The notes beneath the pieces are model-generated. The model had not been told where the DNA came from and searched no databases. It saw only the letters and a program-made list of their open reading frames with translations. This document shows, in pieces, positions 26,010 through 40,020 of a stretch of DNA of 64,000 nucleotides. The translations under genes were made by a program, and so were the position numbers. The stretch's first letter is position 1. Each line of letters begins with the position of its first letter. The stretch is from positions 38,440,001-38,504,000 of the forward strand of contig NC_082731.1 in NCBI RefSeq assembly GCF_030144855.1, read 5' to 3'. The DNA is from Hypanus sabinus (Eukaryota).

Positions 26010-26530
26010 AGTACAGCCGACCCGAGTTCATTTCCCACTGCTGCCTGTAAGGAGTTTGTACATTCTCCTTGTGACCGCGTGGGTTTCCTCTGGGTGCTCC
26101 GGTTTCCTCTCACGGTCCAAAGCCATACTGATTGGTAGGTTAATTGGTCATAGCAAATCCTCCCGTGATTAGGCCAGGGTTAAATTGGGGATTGCTGGGC
26201 AATGCCGCTCGAAGGAGCAGAAGTATCTCAATATATACATACAAACAAACATAAATAAAAATACCTGGTCAAATGATTTAATTCCACACTTATTTTGGGT
26301 GGCACTGTAGCGTGGTGGTTAGCACGATGCTTTTACAGTACTGGCAACACGGGTTCAATTCCCGTCGCTGCCTGTAAGTAGTTTGTACATTCTCCGTGAC
26401 CGTGTGGGTTTCCTCCAGGTGCTCCAGTTTCCTTCCAAAGATGTAGTAGTTGGCAGGTTAATTGATCATTATAAATTTTCCTGTGATTGAGCTAGGATTA
26501 AATTGGGGATTGATGAGTGGCATGCTGAAT
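26010..26530 (+). mobile_element. Two tRNA-derived V-SINE-like elements (26010-26270, 26297-26530)
   Basis: Pol III A/B boxes (gtggtggttagc; ggttcaattcc) and core gtttgtacattctcc..gtgggtttcctc.gggtgctccggtttcctc. Confidence 0.75.
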
Positions 26531-27502
26531 TCCAACAAACACACAAAAACAAATAAGTAATTGTTGAGCGTCATCTAGTTCTGGACTCTTCTGCCTGGTG
26601 AGAACCTCTGGGTGTACAATGGTAACAAACACCTCTGTTGTGAGTAACACATGACCTGTAGCATTCACACCACAAGATTTCCACACATTCACAATCTCCA
26701 GTGAGAACGTTTGATCACCTACCCTTGACATCGCCACAGAGTTCGCCTCACAGTGATAGTGATCAGGAGAAGCTGCGTAGATACGGTGAGTACTCCTCGC
26801 AGGGTGGTGGGATGCATCCAGAAAGTGGTGCAGCGAGGAACTGAGCGAAGTTGCAGTTAGAAATTACCTGCTCTGCTACAGACAAATATTGTCAGAGAAT
26901 TTGACACTGTGTCCAGCTAGAAGATCAGGTGTTGTTCTGCCAAATTGTGTTGAACCTCGCTGTAACAGTGTGATATTAGAAGCCGCCATAGAGACCAAAA
27001 TTTTATCAGTGGACATACTGTCCCTCACCCATTGATGTCTTTTGTAAACTTTTGTTTTTGCAGGGTACGAAAGGAAGAGGATATGTGCGCAGGAATCTTA
27101 AGCACACCAGAACGTGAGATATGCTGTTTTGGTTGGTTCATCGGCACCTGAATAACTTTGTTCTTTGAGTGTGGAGGAGGAGCTAGCACACCGATCGTAG
27201 CAGGGAGTGCCCGACCACGTGTTCGGTGCAGGGGCGAGATCTGTATGAACCCACCTCGAGACAGGCCATGTAAATTGTGAACCGGTGTTTCCTTTCCGAT
27301 GGCAATATGTCAGTTGTTGATCCTTGGAAAAGAAAGGCACATCTCATCCTGGCTTGAAATTGCATCTGATTTGTGACTGAAATGAAGTTTTCCATTTTAA
27401 CTTCTCATTATAACCCATTGGATCGGGAGACCTGAGGGCACACTTCAGCACATCTTCACCATCTTCGCTTACACGCTTGTTTAGGTGTGGGTGGAATTCA
27501 CT

Positions 27503-28492
27503 ATGTCCTCAGAATTCCAGAGACAGCAGGAAGTTCAAAGCAGGGAGAAATCGTTCGGCTCCTCTGAGTGTGGGAAGGAGTTCACTGGGTCAGATCAGTT
27601 GCTGGAATGCCAGCGACTGCCGAGGGGGGGGAAGCCTTATATCTGCTCTGAGTGCGGGAAGGGATTCACGAGGTCGGGTAAGCTGCTGGCTCACCGTCGT
27701 GTTCACACTACAGAGAGGCCGTTCTCCTGCTCAACGTGTGGGAAGAAGTTCACTCAGTTGTCCCACCTGCAGACGCACCAGCGCGTCCACACAGGGGAGC
27801 GGCCGTTCACCTGCTCTGAGTGCGGGAAGGGGTTCAGTCAGTCATCTGATCTGAAAACACACCAGCGACTCCACACTGGGGAGCGGCCCTTCACCTGCTC
27901 CGAGTGTGGGAAGGGATTCACCCAGTCGGCCAACCTGAAAACGCACCAGCGCATCCACACTGGGGAGAGGCCGTTTTCCTGCTTTGAGTGCGGGAAGGAG
28001 TTCTCTCAGTCAGCCAATCTGCTGATACACCAGCGAATTCACACCGGGGAGAACCCGTTCACCTGCTCCGAGTGTGGGAAGGGATTCATTCGCTCGTCCC
28101 ACTTGGTGACGCACCAGCGAGTTCACACTGGGGAGAGGCCGTTCATCTGCTCCATGTGTGGGAAGGGATTCATTCACTCATCCCACCTGATAAGACACCA
28201 GCGCGTTCACTCTGGGGAGAAGCCCTTCACCTGCTCAGTTTGTGGGAGGGGCTATACGCAGTCGTACAGCCTGAAGATACACCAGCGAGTTCACAGCGGG
28301 GAGAGACCGTTTATCTGCTCTGTCTGCGGGAAGGGGTTCATTCAGTCATCTGAACTGCTGAAGCACCAGCGAATACACACAGGGGAGAGGCCGTTCACCT
28401 GCTCAGACTGTGGGAAGAGGTTTTCTCAGTTATCCCATCTTGTGAAGCACCACCAAGTTCACAGTGAGCGGCCGCACACCCAGCCTCTCTGA
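27503..28492 (+). CDS. C2H2 zinc-finger protein, 10 fingers, 329 aa (ZNF gene 2)
   Basis: 10 intact fingers after one dead finger; ATG at 27503 (ACTATGT); acceptor AG at 27062-27063; AATAAA at 29007. Confidence 0.9.
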   Translation: MSSEFQRQQEVQSREKSFGSSECGKEFTGSDQLLECQRLPRGGKPYICSECGKGFTRSGKLLAHRRVHTTERPFSCSTCGKKFTQLSHLQTHQRVHTGERPFTCSECGKGFSQSSDLKTHQRLHTGERPFTCSECGKGFTQSANLKTHQRIHTGERPFSCFECGKEFSQSANLLIHQRIHTGENPFTCSECGKGFIRSSHLVTHQRVHTGERPFICSMCGKGFIHSSHLIRHQRVHSGEKPFTCSVCGRGYTQSYSLKIHQRVHSGERPFICSVCGKGFIQSSELLKHQRIHTGERPFTCSDCGKRFSQLSHLVKHHQVHSERPHTQPL

Positions 28493-29657
28493 GCAGAGGG
28501 GCTTACCTGGCCAATCCCCCCCCGCTGATAAAGCAGTGGGTGTGCTCCAGGCAGCTGTTCAGCTGCACAGACTGTGGGAAGACATCCACTCCGTGACGGG
28601 AGCTGCTGAAACAGCAGCAAGCACGCGGGGGAGTGGCCGTTCTGAGGGCGGGAAGGGTTTCGTTCTGTTAATCCGCCTTGTGAGGCCCCAGCGACTTCAC
28701 AATAAGCAGAGCCCACACTTCTGCCCTGGGTGAGCAAAGAGACTGCGATGACCATCCCAGCTGCTGGGCCTCAGGCAACTTTACATGTGCAAGCAAGTTC
28801 GAATAAGCTGTATGTTAACTTTTATACCATCCTGGTGACTGAATCCAGTTTGCAAGTTCACAAGGGACTGTTAGTGTCGGATTCTGTGTTATTGTGGCTG
28901 CCGATCACACCCAGGACTGAACCCTGGTCACTGAACATTGGAGGGGTTCGTTCTGCTGATGTTAACCTCAAGTTTCACTGGTGCTTAATATTGTGGATCT
29001 GTGGCAAATAAAATCAGTGCTATCTCAAGTCCTGTGTCTCAGGTGCTTCCTGTCTCTGCCTGTGGAGAGGCCACTCAGCCCAGCTAGCCCCTGCCCGTCT
29101 ATCTGTTCCGTATCACTCCTAAATCCATTGCTGCTTCTCACCTCTCACTCTCTCTCCGGTGACAGGTTCCAACTGGAAGAGAGCTTTGTGTTTGAAATGA
29201 AATTTCAACTCCGCTGGAAGCGAGATCCGGAGAGCACGCGGGGCTTTGTTCGCTCGAGGTCAGTTTCTTGAGGTTCAGGCCTGGTTTGACGAGTGGCCAG
29301 AGCAGTGATGTCACTGGGAGGTCATTTCACCTGCTCTCAGCGTGGGAAGGGATTCACACCGGGAAGGCGGCATTCACCTGCTCCCCGTGTGTGCGCTTAG
29401 TCATCAAGCCTGATGACACATCAGCGAGTTCACACCACGGTGAGATGGTTCACCCGTTCTGACTGTGGGCAGCGACTCCCTCCGTCATCCAAGCTGAAGA
29501 TAGATCAGAAAATTCACACGGGTGAGAGGCTGTTCGCCTGCTCTGTGTGTGTGTGGGAAAGGATTCACTAGGCCATCCCACACGTCAGTTCACATCGGGG
29601 AGAGCCCGTCCACTTGTTCTCTGTGTGGGTAGAGATTCACTTACTCAACCCACATCA

Positions 29658-30233
29658 GTTGTACAGGGCCCTGGTGAGACCCCACCTGTGTGCAGTTTTG
29701 GTCTCCAAATTTGAGGAAGGACATTCTTGCTATTGAGGGAGTGCAGCGTAGGTTCACGAGGTTGATTCCCGGGATGGCGGGACTGTCATATGTTGAAAGA
29801 TTGGAGTGACTGGGCTTGTATACACTGGAATTTAGAAGGATGGGAGGGGATCAGATTGAAACATATAAGATCATTAAGGGATTGGACACGCTAGAGGCAG
29901 GAAACATGTTCCTGATGTTGGGGGAGTCCAGAATCAGAGGCCACAGTTTAAGAATAAGGGGTAGACCGTTTAGAACGGAGTTGAGGAAAAACTTTTTCAC
30001 CCAGAGAGTTGTGGATCTGTGGAATGCTCTGCCTCAGAAGGCAGTGGAGGCCAATTCTCTGAATGCTTTCAAGGAAGAGTTAGATAGAGCTCTTAAAGAT
30101 AGCGGAGTCAAGGGATATGGGGAGAAGGCAGGAACGGGGTACTGATTGTGGATGATCAGCCATGATCGCAGTGAATGGCGGTGCTGGCTTTATGGGCCAA
30201 ATGGCCTACTCCTGCACCTATTGTCTGTTGTCT
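29658..30233 (+). mobile_element. CR1 LINE 3' fragment (young)
   Basis: LYRALVRPH, LGLYTLEFRR, RKNFFTQRVVDLWNALP; tail ctattgtctgttgtctat. Confidence 0.9.
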
Positions 30234-30384
30234 ATAATGAGACACTGGTGGGTTCACACAGTGGAGTGGCCTTTCACCTATTCTTAGTCAGTGGGAAGGC
30301 ATTTGTCTGCTAACGTGATAGTGAGTTCACACTGGGGAGGGACCATTCAAGTGTGGGAAGAGATGCACTCAGTCCCAGTCCTGG

Positions 30385-30856
30385 AATCCTAAAGATGATT
30401 CCAGGATTGAATGGCGTGTCATATGAAGAGTGTTTGATGGCTCTGGGCCTGTATTCACTAGAATTCAGAAGAACGAGGGGTGACCTCATTGAAACCTATC
30501 GAATGGTGAAAGGCCTCGATAGAGTGGATGTGGAGAGGAAGTTACCTATGGTGGGGAGGAGACCAAGACCAGAAGAAACAGACTCAGTATAGAGGAGCGT
30601 CCTTTCAGAGTGGAGATCAGGAGGAATTTGTTCAGCTAGACAGTGGTGAATCTGTGGAATTCGTTGCCACTGGCAGCTGTGGGGGCCAAGTCTTTATGTA
30701 TATTTAAGGCAAAGGTTGATAGATTCTTGGCTGGTCAGGGCATGAAGGGATATGAGGGCAAAGGAGGGGAGGGAAAATGGATCAGCCATGATGAAATGGT
30801 AGAGCAGACTCGATGGGCCAAATGGCCTAATTCTGCTCCTATGCCTTAAGGTCTTA
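30385..30856 (+). mobile_element. CR1 LINE 3' fragment
   Basis: MIPGLNGVSYEECLMALGLYSLEFRRTRGDLIETY. Confidence 0.85.
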
Positions 30857-31614
30857 TCTCCCCACCCCCCACTCACACCAGTCGGTTCACACTGAGAAGA
30901 GGCCATCCACCTGCTCTGAATGCGGGAGGGGCCCAGTCACTCATCTCCAGCTGCTGAGACACCACCGGGGGGACATCACATCATTATTGGGACAAAATTT
31001 AAATAAGCTGCAGTGTGAATATTTCACCATCACAGTTGCTGAATCCAGAGGCAAATTCAAAAGTCAGTGTTGGTGTTGAACTCAGCAATTATTGCTGCTG
31101 CTTATCACACCCACTTCTGCACCTTGGTCACTGGGAATGGGAGGAGTTTCATCTTAAGTGGGACTGGAGTTCAATATTCTGCACCTGGGACTAATCAGTT
31201 CTATTTTAAACTCTGTCACAGGTGAATCTAACACCACACCCAGTTTACAGCAGGGAGTCAACTCAGCCCAACTGAACCCTGCCCATGTATCTGTTCCATA
31301 ATGGTCCTTTTAAATCAGTTGCTGCTTTTCACCCTGGGCAGGGAGCTCCCAGTGGAGCAGAGGATATGCTGACTGTCCTTCTCAGTTGTCCAAAGTCGAT
31401 GGCATGGTTGAATTTTATCAATGTTTCGGTAATCCACTGCACAGGGGATTGGTCTATCGAGCTTCACCAGAGCCCTGTTCACTGGCCTTACCCATTTCCA
31501 CCTTTCACGACGGGGATGTAGATCCAAATAATCACCACTTTGTGGGTGAACAGAAAAACTCACAAAATCCATGCATTTATTTATCATCTATCTATCTTTT
31601 TATATATCTATTTA

Positions 31615-33217
31615 AAAAACCCATTTCCAGAAAAGTTGGGATATTTTCCAAAATGCAATAAAAACAAAAATCTGTGATATGTTAATTCACGTGAACCTTT
31701 ATTTAACTGACAAAAGAACAAAGAAAAGATTTTCAGTAGTTTTACTGACCAACTTAATTGTATTTTGTAAATATACACAAATTTAGAATTTGGTGGCTGC
31801 AACACACTCAACAAAAGTTGGGGCAGAGGCATGTTTACCATAGTGTTACATCACCTTTCCTTTTAATAACACTTTTTAATCGTTTTGGAACTGAGGATAC
31901 TAATTGTAGTAGATTTGCAATTGGAAATTTTGTCCATTCTTGCTTGATATAAGACTTAAGTTGCTCAACAGTCCGTGGTCTCCGTTGTCCGATTCTTCTC
32001 TTCATGATGCGCCATACATTTTCAATAGGAGATAGATCTGGACTGGCAGCAGGCCAGTCAAGCACATGCACTCTATGTCTACAAAGCCACGCTGTTGTAG
32101 CCCGTGCAGAATGTGGTCTGGCATTGTCCTGCTGAAATAAGCATGGACATCCCAGGAAGAGACGTCACCTTGAATGCAACATATGTCTCTGTAAAATCCT
32201 AATATACACCTCAGAGTCAATGGTATCTTCACGTACATGCAACTCACCCATGCCGTGGGCACTGATGCACCCCCATACCATCACAGATGCTGGCTTTTGC
32301 ACCTTTCGCTGTTAACAATCAGGATGGTCGTTTTCATCTTTGGCAGGGTGAACTCGACGCCTGTTTTTTCCGAAAACTAGCTGAAATGTGGACTCATCTG
32401 ACCACAGCACATGGTTCCACAGTCTTTCGGTCCATCTGAGATGAGCTCGGGCCCAGAGAACTCACCGGCATTTCTGCATAGAGTTGATGTATGGCTTTCT
32501 CCTTGTGTAATACAGTTTCAAGTTGCATTTCTGGATGCAGCGATGGACTGTGTTAAGTGGCAATGGTTTTCCGAAGTACTCCCAAGCCCAGGTGGCTATA
32601 ATTGTCAGAGTAGCATGACGGTTTCTTAGGCAGTGCTGCCCGAGGGCTCGAAGATCACGCACATTCAACAGTGGTTTCCGACCTTGCCCTTTACGCACTG
32701 AGATGTCTCTGAATTCTCTGAATCTTTTCACAATATTATGTACTGTAGGTGTTGAAAGACCTAAATTCTCTGCAATCTTGTGTTGGGAAATGTTCCTTTT
32801 GAACTGACTAACAATTCTCTCACAAATTTTGACACAAGGGAGTGAGCCACGACCCATCCTTGCTTGCAAAGACTGAGCCTTTGATGGACGCTACTTTTAT
32901 ACCCAGTCATGATACCTCACCTGCTGCCATTTAGCCTGCTTAATGTGGAGTCTTCCAAACCGGTGTTACTTGAATATTCTGTGCACTTTTCAATCTTATT
33001 TTAACTCTGTCCCAACTTTTGTTGAGTGTGTTGCAGCCATCAAATTCTAAATTTGTGTATATTTACAAAATACAATTAAGTTGGTCAGTAAAACTATTGA
33101 AAATCTTTTCTTTGTACTTTTGTCAGTTAAATAAGGGTTCATGTGAATTAACATATCACAGATTTTTGTTTTATTGCATTTTGGAAAATATCCCAACTTT
33201 TCTGGAAATGGGTTTTG
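31615..33217 (-). mobile_element. Full-length Tc1-family DNA transposon with defective transposase
   Basis: About 210-bp TIRs (AAACCCATTTCCAGAAAAGTTGGG), TA flanks; paired-like HTH, GRKPLL and WPAASPDLSPIENVW in broken ORFs 31835-32869. Confidence 0.95.
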
Positions 33218-33219
33218 TA

Positions 33220-33460
33220 TTTAGTGACACAGTCCTCCCAGCCCTTTGAACTACACCAGCCGACAGACCCGATTATCCCTAACCTGATTATGGGCCAATT
33301 AACCTGCCTAGTAGGCCTTTGGACTGTGGGAAGAAAGCGGATCACTCGGAGCAAACCCGTGCATTCCACTGGGAGGATGCAGACGGCATTGAACTGCGAA
33401 CTCCAGAATGCCCGGAGCTGTAGTAGAGTTGCACGAACCGCTAAACCGCCACGTCGCACC
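33220..33460 (-). mobile_element. V-SINE-like element
   Basis: Minus-strand core resembles the 26297 SINE. Confidence 0.6.
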
Positions 33461-33894
33461 GTATATCTGACGTGTCTTTCATCCCTCCGACCTCTGGGCC
33501 AAGGAATGTCTAATCATCTGCCGTTGACGTTCACTGGCCCTGCCATTGCTGAGCTCACCAATGTCGATCACCTCGGGGTCACAGTGATCAGACAGTCTCC
33601 AGTTGCAGCCAGGTAAACATCACGTGCTCCTGGTAGGGCTGTGGGACACACCCGGAACTGTTAAAGTAGATAATTGGACAGTTGGAAAACAGCCAAATCA
33701 CAGACAGGTGATGGGCAGGGTTGACCAATTATACTACAGGCGGGTAGACAGGGAATTCGATGCTGAGTCCAGGTTTCTGGACCCTAACCAGATGGACGGT
33801 GAGGATTTGTTATCTTAGGTGGAGGCTCACCATAGCAGTGTGATGTCAGAGTTTGTCTTAGGGACTAAAACTGTCTCATCTGAAATGTTGAATC

Positions 33895-34400
33895 ACAAAC
33901 ATGAGAAAATCTGCAGATGCTGGAAATCCAAGCAACCACACACAAAATGCAGGAGGAACTCATCAGGGCAGGCAGCATCTATGAAAAATAGTAGGCAGTC
34001 GACATTTTGCGCCGGGACCCTTCAGCAGGCCTGTGTGAGTTCATGAGCGGGAAAGGAGGAGACTGGAGCGAAAGAGTGAGTGTTGGTGAGAGATGGGATT
34101 CGGTGATGGTGGGAAGGGAAAGTGAGGGAACGGGGAGAGGCAGTGAGGAGTGGGTGGGAGACTGAGAGGTGTGAGAGGGAGGGTGAGGGCAAACAGTGAG
34201 GGGTCAGAGAGAGAAAGAGAGAGACACTTTGGGAGAAGGACTGTGAGAGGGATTGTGGGGGAGAGAAGGACTCATAAACGACATTCTGCGGATGCTGGCA
34301 ATCCTAATCCCGATAAAAGGTCTCAGCCAGAATTGTCGACTTTGTTCCTCTCTACGGACGCTGCCTGACCTGCTGGGTTCCTGCGGCAATTTTGTGTGTG
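33895..34400. mobile_element. Two Penelope termini in opposite orientation (33895-34030, 34285-34400) around a GA-rich spacer
   Basis: Terminal repeat on the minus then the plus strand. Confidence 0.65.
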
Positions 34401-34409
34401 GCTGAGGGG

Positions 34410-34860
34410 GAGAGCGATTGTGACAGAGACTTTGAAAGATGGAGTGAAAGAGAGAGATTCATCGGGTAAAGAACAGTGAGTGGGATGGTGAGGGAGAGGG
34501 ACAGTGAAAGGGGTGGAGAAGAGAGGGTGGCAGTGGAGGGGAGAGTGAGAGGTGAATGGGTGAGGCAGAGAGAAGGGTAGTGAGGGGAAGAGGGACAGTG
34601 AGAGAAAGTGACTGAGTGAGTGATAGTGGAGAAGAACAGGGGCGAGGGGTGGGAATGAGTAAGAGGAAAGGGAATTGGGGTCATAGGAAAGGTGATATGA
34701 GGAACCCACAGCAGGAATTGAGAGGGAGAGAGCTGCAGAGGAGACTGTATACATAAAGAGAGAGGCTGGGATTGAGAGGAGATTATTCCCAGATCAAACC
34801 AGTGCCAGGGAGAGTGAGAAAGCACCAGAGAGAGGGGCGATGGACGTTGACAGTACGGAG
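34410..34860. repeat. Purine-rich (GA) low-complexity tract
   Basis: Composition. Confidence 0.7.
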
Positions 34861-35429
34861 TGGGAGTGGATTGGACATAGGGAAGACAGATATTGTTCCG
34901 AGCGCACCGTGTTTTATTCCCTGGACGTATTGCAGCGAAGCGTGAGTAAAATTAGCACCTTCCAGTGAGGTGGGGGGCCAAGTTTTCATGGAATCTGAAC
35001 AGGAGCAGTTTGGGAGAGGGGGACTGTGAGGGAGAGACAATGAGAGGTGAGTGAAAGAGAGTGATACAGGGGAGAAGGATGCAGGAGAGAGAGGATTTTG
35101 TGCCCTCTCTCCCCCTCAGTCACTCTCTCCTCTCTCTCACTCCTCCTCTCTTCCCCTCTCTTTTATTCCCAATTTACTCCACACTTTGGACTTTGATTAT
35201 GTAACAAAATTTATTTAAAATTTGTCACGTGTTTTTTTTTTGATTCAGCTCAGGGTATTCACATTTGTGTTGGCAAACAAGAGAGACACCTCACTGCACA
35301 AAGAAAGAGCTTTTTTTTTAAATACCCTTTAAGATTCCTTCAGAGCACAGCACAATTATAACCAGTACTTTTCCATCCCCTGGTGGTATCAGCTGAACCC
35401 CTTATCAGTTACGAACTTATGAAAGTAAG

Positions 35430-38400
35430 TTATGAAAGTACTCAATAAAAGATCCCCAGACCTTATGGAACTTTAAATCCGAATTGAGAACTGAATAATG
35501 GATTTTTTTCAAGGTCTAAGCAGGCCATAATATCGTTAAGCCATTGAGCATGCGTGGGCGGGGCAACATCTCTCCACCTAAGGAGGATTAAACCTCTAGC
35601 CAGGAGAGAGGCAAAAGATAATATTCGACACTGAGTCGAACTCAGACGTAAATCTGTCTCACCCCAGAAACCGAACAAAGCAATTAAAGGGTTTGGTTCT
35701 AGGTGGTGATTCAGAATATACGATAATGTTATGAAGACATCTTTCCAAAATTTCTCCAAGCTAGGACAAAACCAGTACATATGAATGAGAGAGGCCTTGC
35801 CCCTTTTGCATTTATCACAAAACAGACTAATGTTATGGTAAAATCGAGGTAATTTAGATTTAGACATATGGGCTCTATGAACAATCTTAAACTGTAAAAG
35901 GCAATGGTGAGCACAAAGAGAGGTTGAATTAACCAATTTGAGAATCGAGTCCCAAGTCTCATCAGATAAGGAGGTATTTAAATCCTGCTCCCATGCCATT
36001 TTAATTTTATCCACAGGGGCACGTCGTAAGGCTGCTAATTTATCTCGAATGAATGATATTAAACCTTTACCTAGTGGATTAATGGAAAGAAATAAGACCT
36101 TAACATTTTTCTCAGGCATTTCAGGGAAGTTAGGAATTAAAGGAACAATAAAGTGTCTAATTTGGAGATATCTAAAAAAATGAGCATTGGGCAGATTGAA
36201 TTTAGCCGAGAGCTGTTGAAAAGAAGCAAAGCGATTATCAATAAAAAGATTTTCAAAATGTCTAATGCCCTTCCTATACCAATCACGGAATGCTGAGTCA
36301 TACGTAGTAGGTAAAAAAAAGGTGATTATGTAAGATAGGGCTAGAAACGGAGAAACCATGGAAACCATAAGATTTCCTAAACTGAGCCCATATACGCAAA
36401 GTGTGTCTAACAAGAGGATTAACTATTAATCTGGACAAACTACTAGGGAGTACAGAGCCAAGAAGTGCAAAGATAGATAATTCTTTAGTGGAGCTCAACT
36501 CCATTGCTCCCCAATTAGGGCACTTGGGTTGGCCATGGAAAAAAAGACCAAAAGGTAGCACAACGTATATTGGCTGCCCAGTAATATAAACGAACGTTAG
36601 GTAAAGCCATGCCACCCATTTTTTTTTAGGTTTTTGGAGATAGACTTTATTAATTCTAGAGCGCTTATTCTTCCACAGATATGACAAAATAATAGAGCCT
36701 AAGGAATCATAAAAAGATTTAGGAATAAAAATTGGGATTGATTGAAATAAATATAAAAGTTTAGGGAGAACATACATTTTAACAACATGAATACGACCTA
36801 CCAAAGACATTGATAGAGGTGACCATTGTAACAGGCTCTGTTTTATAGTATATGAAAGATTGGCAAAATTTTCATGAAAGAGATCTTTAAACTTCCTTGT
36901 GACTGTAATCCCAAGATAAGTAAATTGATTATGAACTACTTTAAAAGGGAGATCACGAAATGTTAATTCTTTTGCTTCTTTATTAATTGGGAAAAGTTTG
37001 CTCTTATATAAATTAAGTTTATAGCCAGAGAACTGGCTAAACTGGTCAAGAAGAGAAAACATTGGAGGTAAGGATGTAGACAGATTTGAAAGAAAAAGTA
37101 CTCAGTCATCAGCATAAAGAGAAACTTTATGCTCAACACCCCCTCTCCAAATCCCGGTCAATTCAGGACAATTTCGAAATGCTATCGCCAAAGGTTCTAT
37201 AGGCAAATCAAAGAGAAAGGGACTTAAAGTGCATCCCTGATGGGTGCCACGTTTGAGGTTAAATAACTGGGATTTCTGAAAATAAGTTAAAACAGAGGCA
37301 GTAGGACCCAAATACAGCAATTTGATCCAAGAGAGAAAACTTTGATCGAAGTCAAATTTTTCTAAAACTGCAAAAAGGTAGTTCCACTCTATACGATCAA
37401 ATGCTTTCTCCGCATCGAGGGAAATAACACATTCAGGAATCCCAGTTGGAGGTGAATATAAAATGTTAAATAAATGCTGAATGTTAAAAAGAGGAAGACG
37501 GTTTTTAATAAAACCAGTTTGGTCATCAGAGATAATAGAGGAAATAACAGTTTCTAATCTATAAGCCAAAACTTTAGCCAAGATTTTAACATCAACATTA
37601 AGCAAAGAAATCAGCCTATACGAGGAACACTCTGTTGGGTCTTTACCCTCTTTAAATAAAAGAATAATAGATGCCTTATTAAAAGAGGGTGGCAATTTGC
37701 CATAATTAAATGAGTCAGATCATACTGAGAATAACTGAGGAGAAAGAAATGAAGAGAATGATTTATAAAATTCTACAGGGAACCCATCAGGTCCAGGAGA
37801 TTTCCCTGAGGACAATGCAGAAATTGCAAAAGATATTTCTTCTGATGATATAGGTGCATTAAGTTTGGCTTTAAAATCAGATGAAAGCGAAGGAATATTC
37901 AGATTATTTAAACAATGATCAACAGAGATATTGTCATTCAAAGATTCAGAGGAATAAAGTCGAGAATAGAAATTTTTAAATGCGTCATTAATTTCTAAGT
38001 GATCTGATGTAAAGTCTCCATTCTCCTTCCGGATCTTGGTAATATGTTGTTTGGCTTTGGAATGCCTCAGCTGACTGGCTAGAAATTTACCAGATTTATC
38101 ACCATGAATGTAAAAGCGACTCTTACTTTCAAGAAGTTGGCGTTCGACAGGTTGAGTAGACAGAAGATTAAATTTAGTTTGAAGTTCTACACGCTTCTTG
38201 TATAGTTCAGGATTCTTAGTTTGAGCATACATTTGATCCAATTCTTTAATCTGATTAATGAGGTCTAATCGATCTGCACAGGACTTTCTATTAAGATTTG
38301 CTGTATAGGAGATTATTTGACTCCTCAAATATGCTTTCATGGCATCCCAGACAATCTGGGATGACACTTCAGGTGATGTATTGGTGTTAAAATAAAAGGT

Positions 38401-39185
38401 TATCTGATCCTTAATAAATTTTAGAAAATCATCATCCGATAATAAAGTCGAATCAAACCGCCAGTGTTTATTCCTCTGAGGGAGACCAGGAAAGTTTAAA
38501 GACAGAGTAATTGGGGCATGGTCAGGAATCAGTATACTCTGATAGTCACAAGAATGGACAAAAGGAATGAGTTGGTTATCGAGTAAGAAGTAGTCAATTC
38601 TCGTAAAGGTATGGTGAACATGTGAAAAAAAAAAGAATAATCTCTCTCAGTAGGATGAAGGAAACACCATATGTCAGAGATACCATAGTTAGAGAGAAAC
38701 GATTGGATAGCTAAGGCAGATTTAGTAGGTGGTCTAGTAACAGAGGACAATCGATTCAAATTAGGATCTAACCAACAATTGAAGTCACCACCCAGTATAA
38801 GAGAGTATAAGTTTAAGTCTGGTAGTGAGGGAAAAAAAGTTCAAAAAAATTAACATAATCAAAATTGGGGGCATACAGGTTTTCTAGTACAACTTTAGTA
38901 TTATATAGTTTACCAGAAACAATAATAAAATGGCCATTTGTATCAGATATCTTATTATGGAGTTCAAAAGGAATATTTGAGTTAATAAGGATGGAGACCC
39001 CCCCTAGCTTTGGCGGCAAAGGATGAATGAAAATGCTGACCCGCCCACTTTGACAAAAGCCGGGAGTTATCAAAACAACGAATATGAGTTTCTTGAAGGA
39101 AAGCAATGTCAGCTTTGAGTTGTTTAATATGTGAGAGTACCTTCCTTCTTTTAACAGGATGATTCAATCCCTTTACATTCCAGCT
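35430..39185 (-). mobile_element. L1-clade LINE, nearly complete ORF2 (APE, RT, C-terminal), frameshifted
   Basis: WNVKGLNHPVKRRK..AFLQETH; KSPGPDGF; SLDAEKAFDRIEW; KVSLYADD; CDKC..HMYWFC. Confidence 0.95.
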
Positions 39186-40020
39186 GGGAGGGATTTTCCT
39201 GTGTGTGGCTGGACTGTATCCACCTTTTTTTTGTAGGCTTTACCAAGAATTTTTATTTCTTTCCATTCCTGGCCTTGATGCCACCAATCAGGATTACTCT
39301 CCATTGTGCATCTATACTCGTTTATCAAAGTTTTTGACGACATTCTGAATCTTCACAAACTTTTAAGAAAGTAGAGGTGCTGCAGTGCCTTCTTTGTGAA
39401 GGCACCTGCATGCTGGACCCAGGACAGTCCCTCTAAAATGATAACTTAGAACATAGAAATCTACAGTACATCACAGGCCCTTCAGCCCACAATGTTGTGC
39501 TGACCACGTAACCTACTCTAGAAACTGCCTGGAATTTCCCTACTGCATAGCCCTTTATTTTTCCAAGCTCCATGTACCTATCTAAGAGTCTCTTAAAAGA
39601 CCCTATTGTATCTATCTCAACCATCGCCACTGGCATTACATTCCATGCGCCCACCACTCTCTGTAGAAAAACTTAACCTTGACATCCCCTCACCCTAAAA
39701 CTATGCCCCTCGTGTTAGCCATTTCAGCCCTGGGAAATACCCTCTGGCTATCCACAAGATCAATGCCTCTCATTTTCAATGCCTCGTGTTAGCCATTTCA
39801 GCCCTGGGAAATACCCTCTGGCTATCCACAAGATCAATGACCTCTATTAGGTCACCGCTCATCCTCCATCACTCCAAGGAGAAAAGGCCAAGTTCACACA
39901 ACCTGTTCTCAAAAGCTACACCCTCCAATCCAGGAAACATCCTTGTAAGTCTCCTCTGCACTCTCTCTATAGTATCCACAATGCCAACAAACGTGAAGTT
40001 ACTGGCCCTGATCAGAATCA
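39186..40020 (-). mobile_element. Rex fragment plus CR1 3' fragment (39447-39960) with an internal ~60-bp duplication
   Basis: cctcgtgttagccatttcagccctgggaaataccctctggctatccacaagatcaatg occurs at about 39708 and 39782. Confidence 0.7.

Larger units (their letters stand above)
29300..31220 (+). pseudogene. Decayed C2H2 ZNF pseudogene B, interrupted by two CR1 inserts
   Basis: Finger relics at 29310-29657, 30235-30380 and 30870-30970; 3' module 31000-31220 lacking AATAAA. Confidence 0.75.

Noticed and set aside
26297-26370. tRNA-like sequence
   Set aside because: It is the head of a SINE continuing into the V-type core, not a tRNA gene
34323-34825. 143-157-aa Ser/Pro/Leu-rich ORFs
   Set aside because: Products of the GA-rich low-complexity tract
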